A DNA stretch of 64,000 bases from Hallerella sp. (GCA_963648925.1 CAVJFO010000003.1:58304-122303); one strand, 5' to 3'; shown: positions 44,024 through 54,848, counted from the stretch's first letter. Notes: a model not told the origin generated them from the letters alone. A program made the numbers and translations.

Positions 44024-46815
44024 AACAACTATCTTTTGTGAACTTATACAAGAATTTTCATGGACAAAGTTTATTGAAAGGCATTTCTTACTCCTTTTTA
44101 GATTCAGGGCTATACTACATTCTTGGTGATTCTGGATCAGGAAAGTCTACTTTGTTAAATATATTGTCTGGATGTGATGATTCTTATGTCGGCGATGTTT
44201 TCTATCAAGGCAAACCCCTTAAAGAACTAACGGAAGATGAAAGAAGCGATCTAAGGCTAAAACACTTTGGCTTTATTCGACAAAATTACGATTTGCTTGA
44301 ATTGGAAACCGTTTATGAAAATGTTGTTTTGCCTTTAGTTGGTCTTCAAGTAAAGAAAAAGTTAAGAAAGAGAAAGGCTTTAGAAATAATCGATTTTGTT
44401 GGCTTAAAAGAAAAAGCCTATCAAAGAGTAAATACTTTATCTGGCGGAGAAAAACAAAGAGTAGCAATAGCTAGGGCTCTAGTCACTGATCCAAAAGTAA
44501 TTTTTGCCGATGAGCCAACCGGCGCGTTAGACAAAAAGAACAGCGATGAGATAAATAAAATACTAAAAGAAATTTCGAAAAAACATTTAGTAATCGTCGT
44601 TTCCCATGACCAGGAATCTGCCGAAAAATATGCTGATGAAATTCTCCATCTGCAAGATGGAATCTTAAACACTAGAGAAAATGTCTTTGCTAACGAATTA
44701 GGCACAAAGTATGTTACTTTTTCCGTTTCAAAAAAAGAAAATATAAAATGGAGTTTCCTTACTTGGTTAAAACATGCAAAAAATCTTTTCAAAGCCAAGA
44801 AAATACGGTCTGGAATTAGCGTAGGCATCATCTCATTTTCCCTTTTGTCACTCGGTTTATCGATTTACGTTCAAAGAGACCTTCAATCGGAATTAAATAA
44901 CGCCTTCGACGAATGGAATGGCGTTAATGGGATAGTGGTTGAAAGAAATGGCAAAAATGAATCAACCTTTGGAACGATTCTTACGCCGAACGAAGATGAA
45001 GTTCAACATTTGATAGAAAACAATCCTTTTATTGAAGATTATGGAATTAGTTATCTTTGCTCTTATGAAAATTACTTCAAAGACGTGAATGAATTCTATT
45101 TTGATTCTTTTGGAAAGAAAGTTTTAATCCAATCATTAAGTGTCAGAAATATTAATGAATATCGCTGGCTTGATGTTCTTGAAGAAGGAACGCAAATTTA
45201 TCCAGAGAAACCGAAAGTTCTTGAAAATGAACAAATAGTTCTTTCTTTGAATTATCAAAACATGATAAATATTTGTGCTAGTTTGCATATTCAACGAACG
45301 TTTGAGTCGCTTGGACAATATTTAAAGGTAAAACCGCTAGAGATTATTCTAGAAACTGGCAATGATTCATGGGGATATGGCGATTCTCAATTGTTTTCCG
45401 TTGTCGGAATTCTTCAAGAAGAAAATCAAACCATTTATCATTATCGTCATGATTGGAACGAATACGTTTTTGAAGACTGCATGGGCTTTCCATCCAGTTT
45501 AGAAGATGATTCTTCATTGCCGTGGATTCTTAGAAAGAATTATTATGTTTTGCCTAGAAACGGCAAGGAGGATTTCTTTCTTAACGCAAGGAAGAATAAT
45601 TTGCTTGATAAATATGTCTTTGAGAGGGATTCGTATGAATTTGACCAAACACATAACGAGAAAAATGAGGTTTCAAAGAGCGAACGTTTATATGTTTTTA
45701 TAGCTGATAAACAATCTATAAAACATCAAACTATAATAGAAATATCCTCAAAAAAGAATTTAGATGATTATTCTGTTTTTGGCGAAGGATCGTATATTTC
45801 TTACCCAGGGTCGATGATTGCAGGTTTCATAAATCCTTTTTTCCTTAGTGATTCAAAAGAAGAAATCTTTACGATTAGTGAATCGATGAGTAAAAGTTCA
45901 AAAGAAAGTGTGTATTCCGACGTCAATTTACCAGTAAACGTCTCTATGGGGCATTACTTAACAAAGAAAAATGAAACCTTAAATATATCTAGCGATTTTT
46001 CTCAAATTGTTGAAGGGGAAGTTCCGACAAAATCAAACGAAATTTGTTTGTCAGAAAAACTTTTTGCAAAATTTAATAAATCAAAAACTCTTTATTGTGC
46101 AGGAGTTATCGCAAATTTTGAACACGAAAATTATATTGAGAACGATTATCGTATTGGCGAATTGAAAGTTGTTGGAATAATCAAGGGAAATGAAAACTCG
46201 ATTTATGTTAGCCCATATTGGACAATCGATTATTGGCGTGATTTTTTAGGAATGTCGTCTTTTTCATTAGAGCCAAAACAAGTCATTTTTTATTGCGATA
46301 AAAACGAATCGAAGAAAATGATGCCGATACTTTCAAATAAATATCCATCATTAAAGTTTACAAATCCTTCATTAGTTATAGAATCCTCAATCTCCAATGT
46401 CATTGAATACGTTGAGATAGTCTTGTATTTTGCGACATTTCTAACTCTTTCAACATCATTTTTCCTCTTTATATCTAGCACGTTGTTGCTTGCTTTAGAA
46501 AACAAAAAAGAAGCGATGCTGTTGTTTGAACTTGGAGTTAGAAGGAAAAATATAGTCGATTGCTTTGGGAGTCACGTTTTGCTTACAAGTTTGTTGTCAT
46601 TTGGCGTGTCTCTTTCTTCGTTATTTAGTGCCGAATATACGATTAACAAGACATTGCAATCAAATTTTGGCAATACTAGCAACTATTTTAGAGTGGATTT
46701 CATGCCTGCTTTAGCCATGTGCGTATCAATTTTGTCAGGAATCCTTCTATCGATGTTTTTCTTAAATCGTTGGATTATGAATAGCGATTTTTCACGAAGC
46801 AACGTTTTAAAATAA
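44020..46815 (+). CDS. MacB-type fused ABC transporter paralogue, 931 aa, very large extracytoplasmic domain
   Basis: GDSGSGKST, LSGGEKQRVAIARAL, VIFADEPTGALD. TM1 is near residue 265-284, followed by an extracytoplasmic domain of about 510 aa and three C-terminal TM helices. ATGA overlap with the upstream gene. Confidence 0.85.
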   Translation: MKQLSFVNLYKNFHGQSLLKGISYSFLDSGLYYILGDSGSGKSTLLNILSGCDDSYVGDVFYQGKPLKELTEDERSDLRLKHFGFIRQNYDLLELETVYENVVLPLVGLQVKKKLRKRKALEIIDFVGLKEKAYQRVNTLSGGEKQRVAIARALVTDPKVIFADEPTGALDKKNSDEINKILKEISKKHLVIVVSHDQESAEKYADEILHLQDGILNTRENVFANELGTKYVTFSVSKKENIKWSFLTWLKHAKNLFKAKKIRSGISVGIISFSLLSLGLSIYVQRDLQSELNNAFDEWNGVNGIVVERNGKNESTFGTILTPNEDEVQHLIENNPFIEDYGISYLCSYENYFKDVNEFYFDSFGKKVLIQSLSVRNINEYRWLDVLEEGTQIYPEKPKVLENEQIVLSLNYQNMINICASLHIQRTFESLGQYLKVKPLEIILETGNDSWGYGDSQLFSVVGILQEENQTIYHYRHDWNEYVFEDCMGFPSSLEDDSSLPWILRKNYYVLPRNGKEDFFLNARKNNLLDKYVFERDSYEFDQTHNEKNEVSKSERLYVFIADKQSIKHQTIIEISSKKNLDDYSVFGEGSYISYPGSMIAGFINPFFLSDSKEEIFTISESMSKSSKESVYSDVNLPVNVSMGHYLTKKNETLNISSDFSQIVEGEVPTKSNEICLSEKLFAKFNKSKTLYCAGVIANFEHENYIENDYRIGELKVVGIIKGNENSIYVSPYWTIDYWRDFLGMSSFSLEPKQVIFYCDKNESKKMMPILSNKYPSLKFTNPSLVIESSISNVIEYVEIVLYFATFLTLSTSFFLFISSTLLLALENKKEAMLLFELGVRRKNIVDCFGSHVLLTSLLSFGVSLSSLFSAEYTINKTLQSNFGNTSNYFRVDFMPALAMCVSILSGILLSMFFLNRWIMNSDFSRSNVLK

Positions 46816-46985
46816 CGATTGAAGTGTAATGAACAGACATTTTCATTTCTCGTTTGCAAAATTGATATAAATATTGTCCAAATCAGCAATGTAATAATTT
46901 TACAATTGTTTAGTATATTTCGAATTCTTGTGTTAAAATTGTTTCCGGTCTTGATAAAAAACCGGACCAGGAAGGTTTTAAACAT

Positions 46986-47186
46986 ATGAAGGGAACAGTC
47001 AAAAAGTTCTTCAAAGATAAAGGATTTGGCTTTATCCATGCTGAAGACGGCAAAGACTACTTTTTCCATTATAGCGCTATCCTCATGGATAACTACAAAA
47101 CCGCAGAAATTGGCGAAAATGTTGAATTCGAACCAGTCGAAGGCGAACGTGGCTTACGTGCTAGCAATGTCAAAAAAGTTAACTAA
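46986..47186 (+). CDS. cold-shock protein (CspA family)
   Basis: GTVKKFFKDKGFGFI (RNP-1) and FFHYSAI (RNP-2-like). Confidence 0.95.
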   Translation: MKGTVKKFFKDKGFGFIHAEDGKDYFFHYSAILMDNYKTAEIGENVEFEPVEGERGLRASNVKKVN

Positions 47187-47207
47187 TTAGCACAATTTAG
47201 ACACAAT

Positions 47208-47240
47208 AACACCATTTCTTTGCAAATGGTGTTTTCTTTC
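47208..47240 (+). terminator. rho-independent terminator after csp
   Basis: Stem aacaccatt/aatggtgtt followed by a T-rich run. Confidence 0.8.
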
Positions 47241-47300
47241 GTTTTATTTCGCCTTGCTTAGAGATATAATCTCTAGCGTAAAAAAGGAATTTATATTGAT

Positions 47301-48476
47301 ATGTCATTAAAAGCAGGAATAGTCGGTCTTCCAAATGTTGGAAAGTCCACCCTTTTCAACGCTATAACAAATTCACACGTTTTAGCCGAGAATTATCCTT
47401 TCGCAACCATTGACCCTAATAGTGGAGTTGTTGTTGTCCCAGATGAACGCTTAGATTATTTGTGTTCGAAATATAACCCAAAAAAGAAAGTTAACGCTAC
47501 TTTTGAGTTTTATGATATTGCCGGTTTGGTAAAAGGCGCTTCAAAAGGTGAAGGCCTTGGCAACCAATTCTTGGCAGCAATTAGAGAATGCGATGCTATC
47601 GTTGAAGTTGTTCGTTGTTTTAATAACGCCAATGTTTTGCGCTATAACGATGAACCAGTTAACCCAAAAGGAGACATCGAAGTCATAAATCTAGAACTTT
47701 CAATGTCGGATTTAGATTCGGTCAATAACCGTATCGGAAAACAAGAAAGCAAGGCAAGAATCACTAAAGATAAAACGGCATTATATGAAATGCCAATTCT
47801 TACCGCCCTTAAAGAAACCCTTGAACAAGGCTTACCTGCCCGTTTAACTAAAGGCCTTTCCTCTGAGCAAATGGAATACGCTAAAAAGAATTTCTTCTTG
47901 CTTACTTTAAAACCAATTCTTTATGTCGCTAACGTGGCTGAAGATGACTATGGAAATCTCGATAATTGCGTTAACTATCAAGCTGTAAAAGAAGTAGCCG
48001 ATTCTGAAGGCGCTGTTTGCATCCCTCTTTCTTGCGGTATCGAATATGATATTTCCCAACTTGAAAGCCCAGAAGAAAAACAAGAGTTTCTTGATACTCT
48101 CGGAGTTAAGGAATCAGGCTTAGACCGTTTAGTAAAAGCTTCATACAAACTTTTGAATCTTTCAACTTTCCTTACTTGCGGAACCGATGAATGCCGTGCC
48201 TGGACCTTCCGTAACGGAATGTTAGCACCTCAATGCGCTGGTATCATCCATACCGATTTTGAAAAAGGATTCATCAAAGCTGATATTTACGCTTTTGACG
48301 AATTCAAGAAAGTTGGTGAAACAATTACGAAAGATACCTTCATTGGAAACGGCAGCGTTGGAGATCGAATTGAACAAATGGTTCGTGAGGCAGGAAAAAT
48401 CCGTTCCGAAGGAAAAGAATACGTTATGAAAGACGGAGATGTAGTTTTCTTCCGTTTCAACGTTAGCAAAAAATAA
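47301..48476 (+). CDS. ychF: ribosome-binding ATPase YchF
   Basis: [27 protein letters not shown]-terminal TGS-like domain. Confidence 0.93.
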   Translation: MSLKAGIVGLPNVGKSTLFNAITNSHVLAENYPFATIDPNSGVVVVPDERLDYLCSKYNPKKKVNATFEFYDIAGLVKGASKGEGLGNQFLAAIRECDAIVEVVRCFNNANVLRYNDEPVNPKGDIEVINLELSMSDLDSVNNRIGKQESKARITKDKTALYEMPILTALKETLEQGLPARLTKGLSSEQMEYAKKNFFLLTLKPILYVANVAEDDYGNLDNCVNYQAVKEVADSEGAVCIPLSCGIEYDISQLESPEEKQEFLDTLGVKESGLDRLVKASYKLLNLSTFLTCGTDECRAWTFRNGMLAPQCAGIIHTDFEKGFIKADIYAFDEFKKVGETITKDTFIGNGSVGDRIEQMVREAGKIRSEGKEYVMKDGDVVFFRFNVSKK

Positions 48477-48479
48477 TTT

Positions 48480-48953
48480 ATGAGAATTGGTTACGGAGAA
48501 GACATACACATTCTAGTTTCGAATAGAAAATTGATTCTTGCCGGAACGGAGATCCCGTATGAACTCGGATTAGAGGGCCATTCAGACGCGGACGTTGTTT
48601 ATCACGCTTTGTCTGATGCCTTATTGGGGTCCTTGGCTTTAGGGGATATTGGAAAATATTTCCCACCGTCTGATGATTCAATAACGGGGATTTCTTCTGA
48701 TATTATTGTCAGAGAATGCTATAAGAAGGTAAAAGCAAGAGGCTACAAAATAGGAAATGTCGATCTATCGATTATCGCCGAGAAACCTCATCTTGCTAAA
48801 TATATCGATACAATGAGGGGCAATGTAGCAAGGCTCTTAGAAACATCGTTTGATAACGTATCCGTAAAAGCGATGACAAACGAGAAATTAGATGCCATAG
48901 GAGAGGGCAAAGCCATAAAGGCTATTGCCGTCGTGTTAATAGAAAAGGAGTAA
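48480..48953 (+). CDS. ispF: 2-C-methyl-D-erythritol 2,4-cyclodiphosphate synthase
   Basis: RIGYGEDIH, GHSDADVVYHALSDALLG, DIGKYFP. Confidence 0.95.
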   Translation: MRIGYGEDIHILVSNRKLILAGTEIPYELGLEGHSDADVVYHALSDALLGSLALGDIGKYFPPSDDSITGISSDIIVRECYKKVKARGYKIGNVDLSIIAEKPHLAKYIDTMRGNVARLLETSFDNVSVKAMTNEKLDAIGEGKAIKAIAVVLIEKE

Positions 48954-48955
48954 GC

Positions 48956-50584
48956 ATGTCAAACGAAAAAGAATTACAAATGGTTCTTGCCGAAGCAGCA
49001 AAAAAACTTGGCTTAGAAATCAAACCTGAAGAAATCGTTATTGAACGAAGCAAAGATCCAGCTCATGGCGATTATGCGACAAACTTAGCCATGAAATCAG
49101 CTAAAGCGCTTCATAAAGCACCTAAACAAATCGCCGAAGAGCTCACAAAAGAAATTTCCTCTTCAAAAATAGAAAAAATAGAAATTGCTGGCCCTGGATT
49201 CATCAATTTCTTCATGAAAGCGGACTCTTTGAACGCAATCGTAAAAACCATCTTGGATGAGAAAGAACATTATGGCGATGGCGAAAAGAAAAACATCAAA
49301 ATCAATGTTGAGTTCGTATCCGCAAATCCTACTGGTGATCTTCACTTGGGCCACACTAGAGGAGCTGCATTAGGCGATTCAATTGCTAATTTATATGCTA
49401 AAGCTGGATATGATGTCACAAGAGAATACTACGTTAATGATTGCGGCAATCAAGTTGAGCACCTTGGACATTCAATCAGAGAAAGATATCATGAACTCTA
49501 TGGAGAGACACCTAATTTTGCCGAAGATGATTACCATGGAGTTGATTTGATCAAAATAGCCGAATCTATCAAAAATGAATTTGGCGATAAATATCTTATC
49601 GATAATGAGGAATCACACGATTTCTTCATTCATTACGGAATTGAGAAAGAACTCGACAAAATCAGAAAAGATATGGCTGATTTCGATGTTAAGTTCGACA
49701 AATTCTCATTTGAATCCGATATTCGTAAAGGCAGCACGATTGAAGATACAATTTCTTTCTTGAATGAAAAAGGCTATGTTTATCAAAAAGACGGTGCGAC
49801 ATATCTTAAGACGACCGCTTTCTTAGACGATAAAGATAGGCCAATCATTAAAGCGGATGGCAAATACACGTATTTCATGCCTGATATTTGCTATCACTAC
49901 AACAAATTAGCTAGAGGCTACGATTTGATTATCGACTGCTTAGGTGCTGACCATTTTGGATATTTAAACCGCATGAGAAGTGCCATCATGATGAAAGGCT
50001 ACTCGAGCGATGTGATTGATTTTGAAATCTATCAAATCGTCAAAGTCTTTAAAGATGGTGAAGAGGTCAAGATGTCTAAACGTACTGGCAAAGGCATAAC
50101 GCACAGGGAATTGATTGAAGAAGTCGGCAAAGACGCCGTTCGTTATTTCTTCTGTGAAAGAAGTTCCGATGCTCACCTTGATTTCGATATGAATCTTGCG
50201 ACATCCAAGAGCAAAGATAACCCAGTTTATTACGCTCAATACGCCTCCGCTAGATGCGCATCGGTTCTTGATATGGGAAAAGATATTGAAATCGATCCAA
50301 GCGCAAAATGCCTCACAAATGAAAAAGAAGGAGATATTTTAAAGCATCTTTCCGTATTTCCTAGTATCATTAATAGCGCAGCCCTTGCAAGAGCCCCTTA
50401 CAAGGTTGCAGGCTACATTCATGATTTAGCGAAACTTATTCATGAATATTATGCGGCAAATCGTATTATCGATAGAGACAATATCGAATTAACCGCTTCA
50501 AGACTTGCGCTTATGAAAGCTTGCCAAATTGTTCTCAAGAATGCCTTGGGATTGCTTGGAGTTAGCGCACCAGAAAAAATGTAA
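48956..50584 (+). CDS. argS: arginine--tRNA ligase
   Basis: FVSANPTGDLHLGH (HIGH), KMSKRTG (KMSK), DALR anticodon-binding end. Confidence 0.95.
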   Translation: MSNEKELQMVLAEAAKKLGLEIKPEEIVIERSKDPAHGDYATNLAMKSAKALHKAPKQIAEELTKEISSSKIEKIEIAGPGFINFFMKADSLNAIVKTILDEKEHYGDGEKKNIKINVEFVSANPTGDLHLGHTRGAALGDSIANLYAKAGYDVTREYYVNDCGNQVEHLGHSIRERYHELYGETPNFAEDDYHGVDLIKIAESIKNEFGDKYLIDNEESHDFFIHYGIEKELDKIRKDMADFDVKFDKFSFESDIRKGSTIEDTISFLNEKGYVYQKDGATYLKTTAFLDDKDRPIIKADGKYTYFMPDICYHYNKLARGYDLIIDCLGADHFGYLNRMRSAIMMKGYSSDVIDFEIYQIVKVFKDGEEVKMSKRTGKGITHRELIEEVGKDAVRYFFCERSSDAHLDFDMNLATSKSKDNPVYYAQYASARCASVLDMGKDIEIDPSAKCLTNEKEGDILKHLSVFPSIINSAALARAPYKVAGYIHDLAKLIHEYYAANRIIDRDNIELTASRLALMKACQIVLKNALGLLGVSAPEKM

Positions 50585-50607
50585 AACATATAAAGGAGAA
50601 TAAATAT

Positions 50608-51066
50608 ATGAACAAAAAAAGCATGATTGACGTCGCATATGAGGTAATTGAAGAAGAATACAGAGCATTTTCTTTCAAAGAACTTTATGACAAGGTTACA
50701 ACAATCTTAGAATTTGACGATGAAACAAAAACGAGAAATATCGGTATTTTCTATACTCAATTAACAGTTGACGGACGTTTCCTTTGCCTAACAAACAACA
50801 CATGGGATCTTAAAGACAGACACTCTTATGCTGCTTCACATGATGAATCCGCCAAAGAAGCTTATGGCGCCATCGAAGAAGAACATTCTGAAAAGACTGA
50901 AGAAGATGCCCAAGAAGAAAAGGAATATAACGCCGCCATCGAAGGAAAGAATGACGACGTCATCCCTGAGAAAGATGAAACCGAATCCGAAGATGCACCA
51001 ACTGAAGGTGATGATGAAGAAGAAGGACCTTCTTTGGATACCAAGGATATTTTAAAATCCATCTAA
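50608..51066 (+). CDS. rpoE: RNA polymerase delta subunit
   Basis: HARE-HTH-like N-domain (MIDVAYEVI...FYTQLTVDGRF) plus a long acidic tail. Confidence 0.85.
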   Translation: MNKKSMIDVAYEVIEEEYRAFSFKELYDKVTTILEFDDETKTRNIGIFYTQLTVDGRFLCLTNNTWDLKDRHSYAASHDESAKEAYGAIEEEHSEKTEEDAQEEKEYNAAIEGKNDDVIPEKDETESEDAPTEGDDEEEGPSLDTKDILKSI

Positions 51067-51085
51067 TAAAACCATTTAAAGAAAA

Positions 51086-51121
51086 CAAAAAGGAGGAATC
51101 AATGAAAGATTCCTCCTTTTA
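51086..51121. terminator. bidirectional terminator between rpoE and the convergent ORF
   Basis: Stem aaggaggaatc/gattcctcctt flanked by an A-run and a T-run. Confidence 0.75.
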
Positions 51122-51134
51122 CGTTAGTTTGCTT

Positions 51135-51665
51135 TTATTTATTTTCTTCTAATCTTAAGAAATACTTGTCGTGGGCTTTGATAACGCGAACTTCTTTGAC
51201 TGATGGATCAAGGGATACGATAGAAACTGGTCTAACATATTCGTTTTCAACTTCCTTATCATCAATCTTTTCTTTTAACTTTAATGTAACAGTATCTTTT
51301 TCTTCATGTTTGACATCAAGCACATAAAAGAACTTAGGTAACTCCTTATCCTTATCTTTTGGTTCAACAACTAATACTGCGCTATAAGGATAATCTTCCT
51401 TCTTTGCCTCACCATATATTTCGATATGGGTTTCATCGATGAATTTACCTTTGATATTACCGGTTCCCATTCCAAATGCAGCGCCTTCTTTGAACACTTC
51501 AAAGGTGATTTCTGCATTATCGTTATAAAGTTTTTCTAATTTAGCTTCACGCGATGAATCGGAAATGTTTTTACCGATGTTTTTGAAGAATTTTTTAAAG
51601 CCATTCTCCTTTTTTTCTTCTTTCTTTTCGTCTACGACTTCGACTTCTTTGACTTCCTCTGACAT
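51135..51665 (-). CDS. hypothetical protein, Lys/Glu-rich N-terminus (176 aa)
   Basis: Long ORF with its own promoter region and terminator. No motif I recognise. Confidence 0.6.
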   Translation of the reverse strand: MSEEVKEVEVVDEKKEEKKENGFKKFFKNIGKNISDSSREAKLEKLYNDNAEITFEVFKEGAAFGMGTGNIKGKFIDETHIEIYGEAKKEDYPYSAVLVVEPKDKDKELPKFFYVLDVKHEEKDTVTLKLKEKIDDKEVENEYVRPVSIVSLDPSVKEVRVIKAHDKYFLRLEENK

Positions 51666-51772
51666 TTTATCTCCTTCGTCCCTCTCTTATTTACAATTGT
51701 AACTTTCTAAATAACAAATTCAATTGATAATTTTAAGAAAAATTATGTTTATATTTATATAATAAATAAGTT

Positions 51773-52579
51773 ATGAAACTCTTTGTTTTTGATGTGGATG
51801 GAACATTAGTTCACAATGGAGGAGAAATATCTCCTAAAGTTAAAAATGCAATTCAAACAAGACTTGATTTAGGGGATTCAATAGCTATTGCCTCAGGAAG
51901 ACCATTTGTCGGAATTAACCTTTATTTGTCAGAATTTATAGGCGATAAACGTTATGCGATAGGCGCTAACGGAGCGGCAATATACGATTCCTCTGGCAAA
52001 AATATCTTCTCAAGTTCTTTGCCTATCGAAGACTGGTTTTCTCTTAGAAACAAATACAAAGATAAAATCGAGAACTTTGGCGGAGCGATTTATGCTTACG
52101 ACATCAATGGTGACGTTCTTGCCTTCTCTAATTCTTCATGGACGGAAGATGAAGTCAAATATAATCACATTAACGTTTCTTTGATTAATGATGAGGTGAT
52201 AAAAAATAACCCTAGAATCCTCAAAGTTATGTTTGCCGCCCCAAAAGAAATATTATCTAAACTAGAAATCGATAAAGATGATAAAGAAAAATACAACATC
52301 ATTCTCTCTGATCCAAAATATCTTGAGTTCGTAAATCCGAATGCGGATAAAAGCGTAGGCGTTAGTTATTTAGCGAAGTATCTTAATATATCTGATGCAA
52401 ATATCTATACGTTTGGCGATCAAGAAAATGATGTGAGAATGATAAAAAATTACAATGGAATCGCTATGGGCAATGCCATAGAATTATGTAAGTCCAATGC
52501 CAAGTTTGTCACAAAAGACGTGAGAGAAGATGGCATTGCCTACGCATTCGAAGAATATATTAATAAGAAGGATCAATAA
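51773..52579 (+). CDS. Cof-type HAD-IIB phosphatase
   Basis: FVFDVDGTL, SGRP, FGDQENDVRM. Confidence 0.85.
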   Translation: MKLFVFDVDGTLVHNGGEISPKVKNAIQTRLDLGDSIAIASGRPFVGINLYLSEFIGDKRYAIGANGAAIYDSSGKNIFSSSLPIEDWFSLRNKYKDKIENFGGAIYAYDINGDVLAFSNSSWTEDEVKYNHINVSLINDEVIKNNPRILKVMFAAPKEILSKLEIDKDDKEKYNIILSDPKYLEFVNPNADKSVGVSYLAKYLNISDANIYTFGDQENDVRMIKNYNGIAMGNAIELCKSNAKFVTKDVREDGIAYAFEEYINKKDQ

Positions 52580-52581
52580 AT

Positions 52582-53364
52582 ATGTACGAACATGAATTAA
52601 AAATGATGATAAAAGCCGCAAAAGAGGCCCAAAAATGGATTCTTGAAGTTTACCATACCGATTTCGAGGTCATAACAAAGGAAGACAATTCTCCTGTTAC
52701 AAATGCCGATAAAGGGGCTGATAAAATGATAAGGGAAGTTCTTGCTAAAGAGTTCCCTGATTATGGTTTTTTGACGGAAGAGAGCAAAGATACGAATGAA
52801 AGACTTACAAAAGAATTCATATTTGTTATTGACCCAGTTGATGGAACAAAAGAATTCGTTTCTAGAAATGGCCAATTCACGACAAACATTGCTTTGGTAA
52901 GAAATCACGAAGTTGTCGCTGGAGTAATTAATATCCCTGTGCTTGATACTCTTTATTTTGCTAGCAAAGGAAATGGGGCATTTAAACTTTCTTCAGATGG
53001 AAACAAGACGCAAATCCATGTTTCAGACAGAAATGAGAATCTTCGTGCTTTAAGATCGGTTTCTTTTTTCAACGAGAAAGAAAAAGCCATCTACGACAAG
53101 CATCCCGAATTATATTCATCGATAAATCCTTTAGGTGCGGCAATGAAATTCTGCCATATCGCCGATGGGCAAGCCGATATTTCTTATCGTTGCTCCGCTA
53201 ATACAAAAGAATGGGATGTTGCCGCAGGCGATATAATTTTAACTGAAGCAGGAGGAGTAATGCTTGTTCCTCCAAGCATGGAAAAAATGAAATATAACCG
53301 TGAAGATGTTTATAATCGTGATGGCTATGTGACCGCAAATAAAAAAGAAAATATTCATTATTAA
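52582..53364 (+). CDS. inositol monophosphatase / CysQ family phosphatase
   Basis: FLTEES, IDPVDGTKEF, WDVAAGDIIL. Confidence 0.85.
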   Translation: MYEHELKMMIKAAKEAQKWILEVYHTDFEVITKEDNSPVTNADKGADKMIREVLAKEFPDYGFLTEESKDTNERLTKEFIFVIDPVDGTKEFVSRNGQFTTNIALVRNHEVVAGVINIPVLDTLYFASKGNGAFKLSSDGNKTQIHVSDRNENLRALRSVSFFNEKEKAIYDKHPELYSSINPLGAAMKFCHIADGQADISYRCSANTKEWDVAAGDIILTEAGGVMLVPPSMEKMKYNREDVYNRDGYVTANKKENIHY

Positions 53365-53381
53365 TCTTATAAACCATAAAC

Positions 53382-53409
53382 AAAAAAGTAGCCTATAGGC
53401 TACTTTTTT
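53382..53409. terminator. bidirectional terminator
   Basis: aaaaaa-gtagcc-tata-ggctac-tttttt. The stop codon of the minus-strand Nfu gene lies in the loop. Confidence 0.75.
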
Positions 53410-53710
53410 CATCAGGAACATTATGTTCTTTCCCTTTTCTGTCTAGATAAGCGTTCATCACGTCTTCTGGAACGTTCATTGTCGCATCGCATCTAATAAC
53501 TCCAGGAACTTCTTCCATGAGAATAATTTCGACTCCTTGGGAAATATCAGCATCAGCGTATAAGCATCCATTACACGCTCCAACCATGCGTACATAGACG
53601 ACTCCATCCTTAAACCCGATGAATTCAATGTCTCCGCCTTCTCTTTGTAAGAAAGGGCGAACCTTGTCTAAGACTTCTTCGATTTGTTTTTCAATTTGTT
53701 CGTCTGCCAT
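53393..53710 (-). CDS. NifU-C-terminal-domain (Nfu-type) Fe-S assembly protein
   Basis: VRPFLQREGGDIEFIGFKDGVVYVRMVGACNGC. Start moved to the ATG at 53710. Confidence 0.8.
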   Translation of the reverse strand: MADEQIEKQIEEVLDKVRPFLQREGGDIEFIGFKDGVVYVRMVGACNGCLYADADISQGVEIILMEEVPGVIRCDATMNVPEDVMNAYLDRKGKEHNVPDEKSSL

Positions 53711-53773
53711 AATAGTGAATATTTTAGTTTCATTATTTAATAATCGCAATAAATATGCGTATAATACTTTCAA

Positions 53774-54154
53774 ATGGAACAATTAATCCCTCTTTCTAAA
53801 CGTACTATTCTTGGCGCCGTATTAACGCTTGACGAAGAAGGCTATAAAGTTACCGCTAAAGGGCTTTGCCTGATTTTACTTGGCGATAAGAAAGTTAGTG
53901 ATATGGCTGAATCAAAAGTCTTCGGTTATCTTCCCTCGATTACCTCTAAGCAATTAAAAGGAAGAATCCGTTATTTGATTGGATTGGATTACTTAAAACT
54001 TGATTATGATCCATCGCTAGATGTTCATTTTCTAACGTTATCTAGCAAATGCGATGACCTTAATTTGAAGCCTTTAAAGAAGAAGACCCCAAAGAAAGAA
54101 GAAGAGGAAATTTATTATATTTATAAGGATGAGTTCCTTGCTAAAAAGAAATAG
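53774..54154 (+). CDS. hypothetical protein, possibly RQC/winged-helix-like, basic tail
   Basis: 126-aa ORF. The resemblance to RQC-type winged-helix modules (LPSITSKQLKGRIRYLIGLDYL) is weak. Confidence 0.45.
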   Translation: MEQLIPLSKRTILGAVLTLDEEGYKVTAKGLCLILLGDKKVSDMAESKVFGYLPSITSKQLKGRIRYLIGLDYLKLDYDPSLDVHFLTLSSKCDDLNLKPLKKKTPKKEEEEIYYIYKDEFLAKKK

Positions 54155-54289
54155 ATGGCGAATCTTCTGTTAGAAGAAATAATCCCGTGCCATCTATTCC
54201 CCTCTCTAAATTTAGGGTGAGATAATCATAAAATATCTAGTGACAATATGTCAATAAATAAAATTATTATTCCGTTAATTGAAAAAGTA

Positions 54290-54329
54290 AATGCAACATA
54301 TCTGTATAGGTTGTTGCATTTTATTTTTC
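54290..54329. terminator. bidirectional terminator overlapping the macro-domain gene stop
   Basis: Stem aatgcaaca/tgttgcatt with T-runs on both strands. Confidence 0.65.
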
Positions 54330-54848
54330 AGCTAACAACTTGTTGTATTTATCAAATGCAGAGTTATATATTCCTGTTTCTTTATCATTAAAATATATGC
54401 ACATAAAGGCTTCTTTTAGATGTTTTGGTTTATATGAACAAATAATTTTTGCGCATATATCGGCTGCCTCTTCAATTGGATAGCCATACGCACCAGTTGA
54501 AATGGATGGGAATGCAATCGTTTCTAATCCTAACTCATCAGCAATTTCTAAACACTTTCTATAACAACTTGCAAGAGTTTCAGCTGGTGTTGGATCTGAA
54601 TAGTAACGTGGCCCAACCGTATGGATGATGTATTTATTTTCCAAATGATATGCTTTAGTGACTTTTGCATCTCCTGGCCTACATCCATTAAGTGAGCGGC
54701 ATTCCTCTAATAATTCTGGTCCCGCTGCACGATGGATTGCATAGTCTACTCCACCACCGCCCAAAAGAGATTCATTAGCAGCATTTACAATCGCATCTGC
54801 TTTTGCTCCAATTTTGGTAATATCCATGTTAAAAGCTGTAATTTTCAT
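54321..54848 (-). CDS. macro-domain protein (O-acetyl-ADP-ribose deacetylase / ADP-ribose-binding type)
   Basis: DAIVNAANESLLGGGGVDYAIHRAAG and FPSISTGAYGYP. Start moved to the ATG at 54848. Confidence 0.88.
   Translation of the reverse strand: MKITAFNMDITKIGAKADAIVNAANESLLGGGGVDYAIHRAAGPELLEECRSLNGCRPGDAKVTKAYHLENKYIIHTVGPRYYSDPTPAETLASCYRKCLEIADELGLETIAFPSISTGAYGYPIEEAADICAKIICSYKPKHLKEAFMCIYFNDKETGIYNSAFDKYNKLLAEK

Noticed and set aside
54248-54400. Possible 50-aa plus-strand ORF starting at atgtcaataaat in the convergent intergenic region.
   Set aside because: It has no SD, crosses the bidirectional terminator hairpin and continues antisense into the macro-domain gene.
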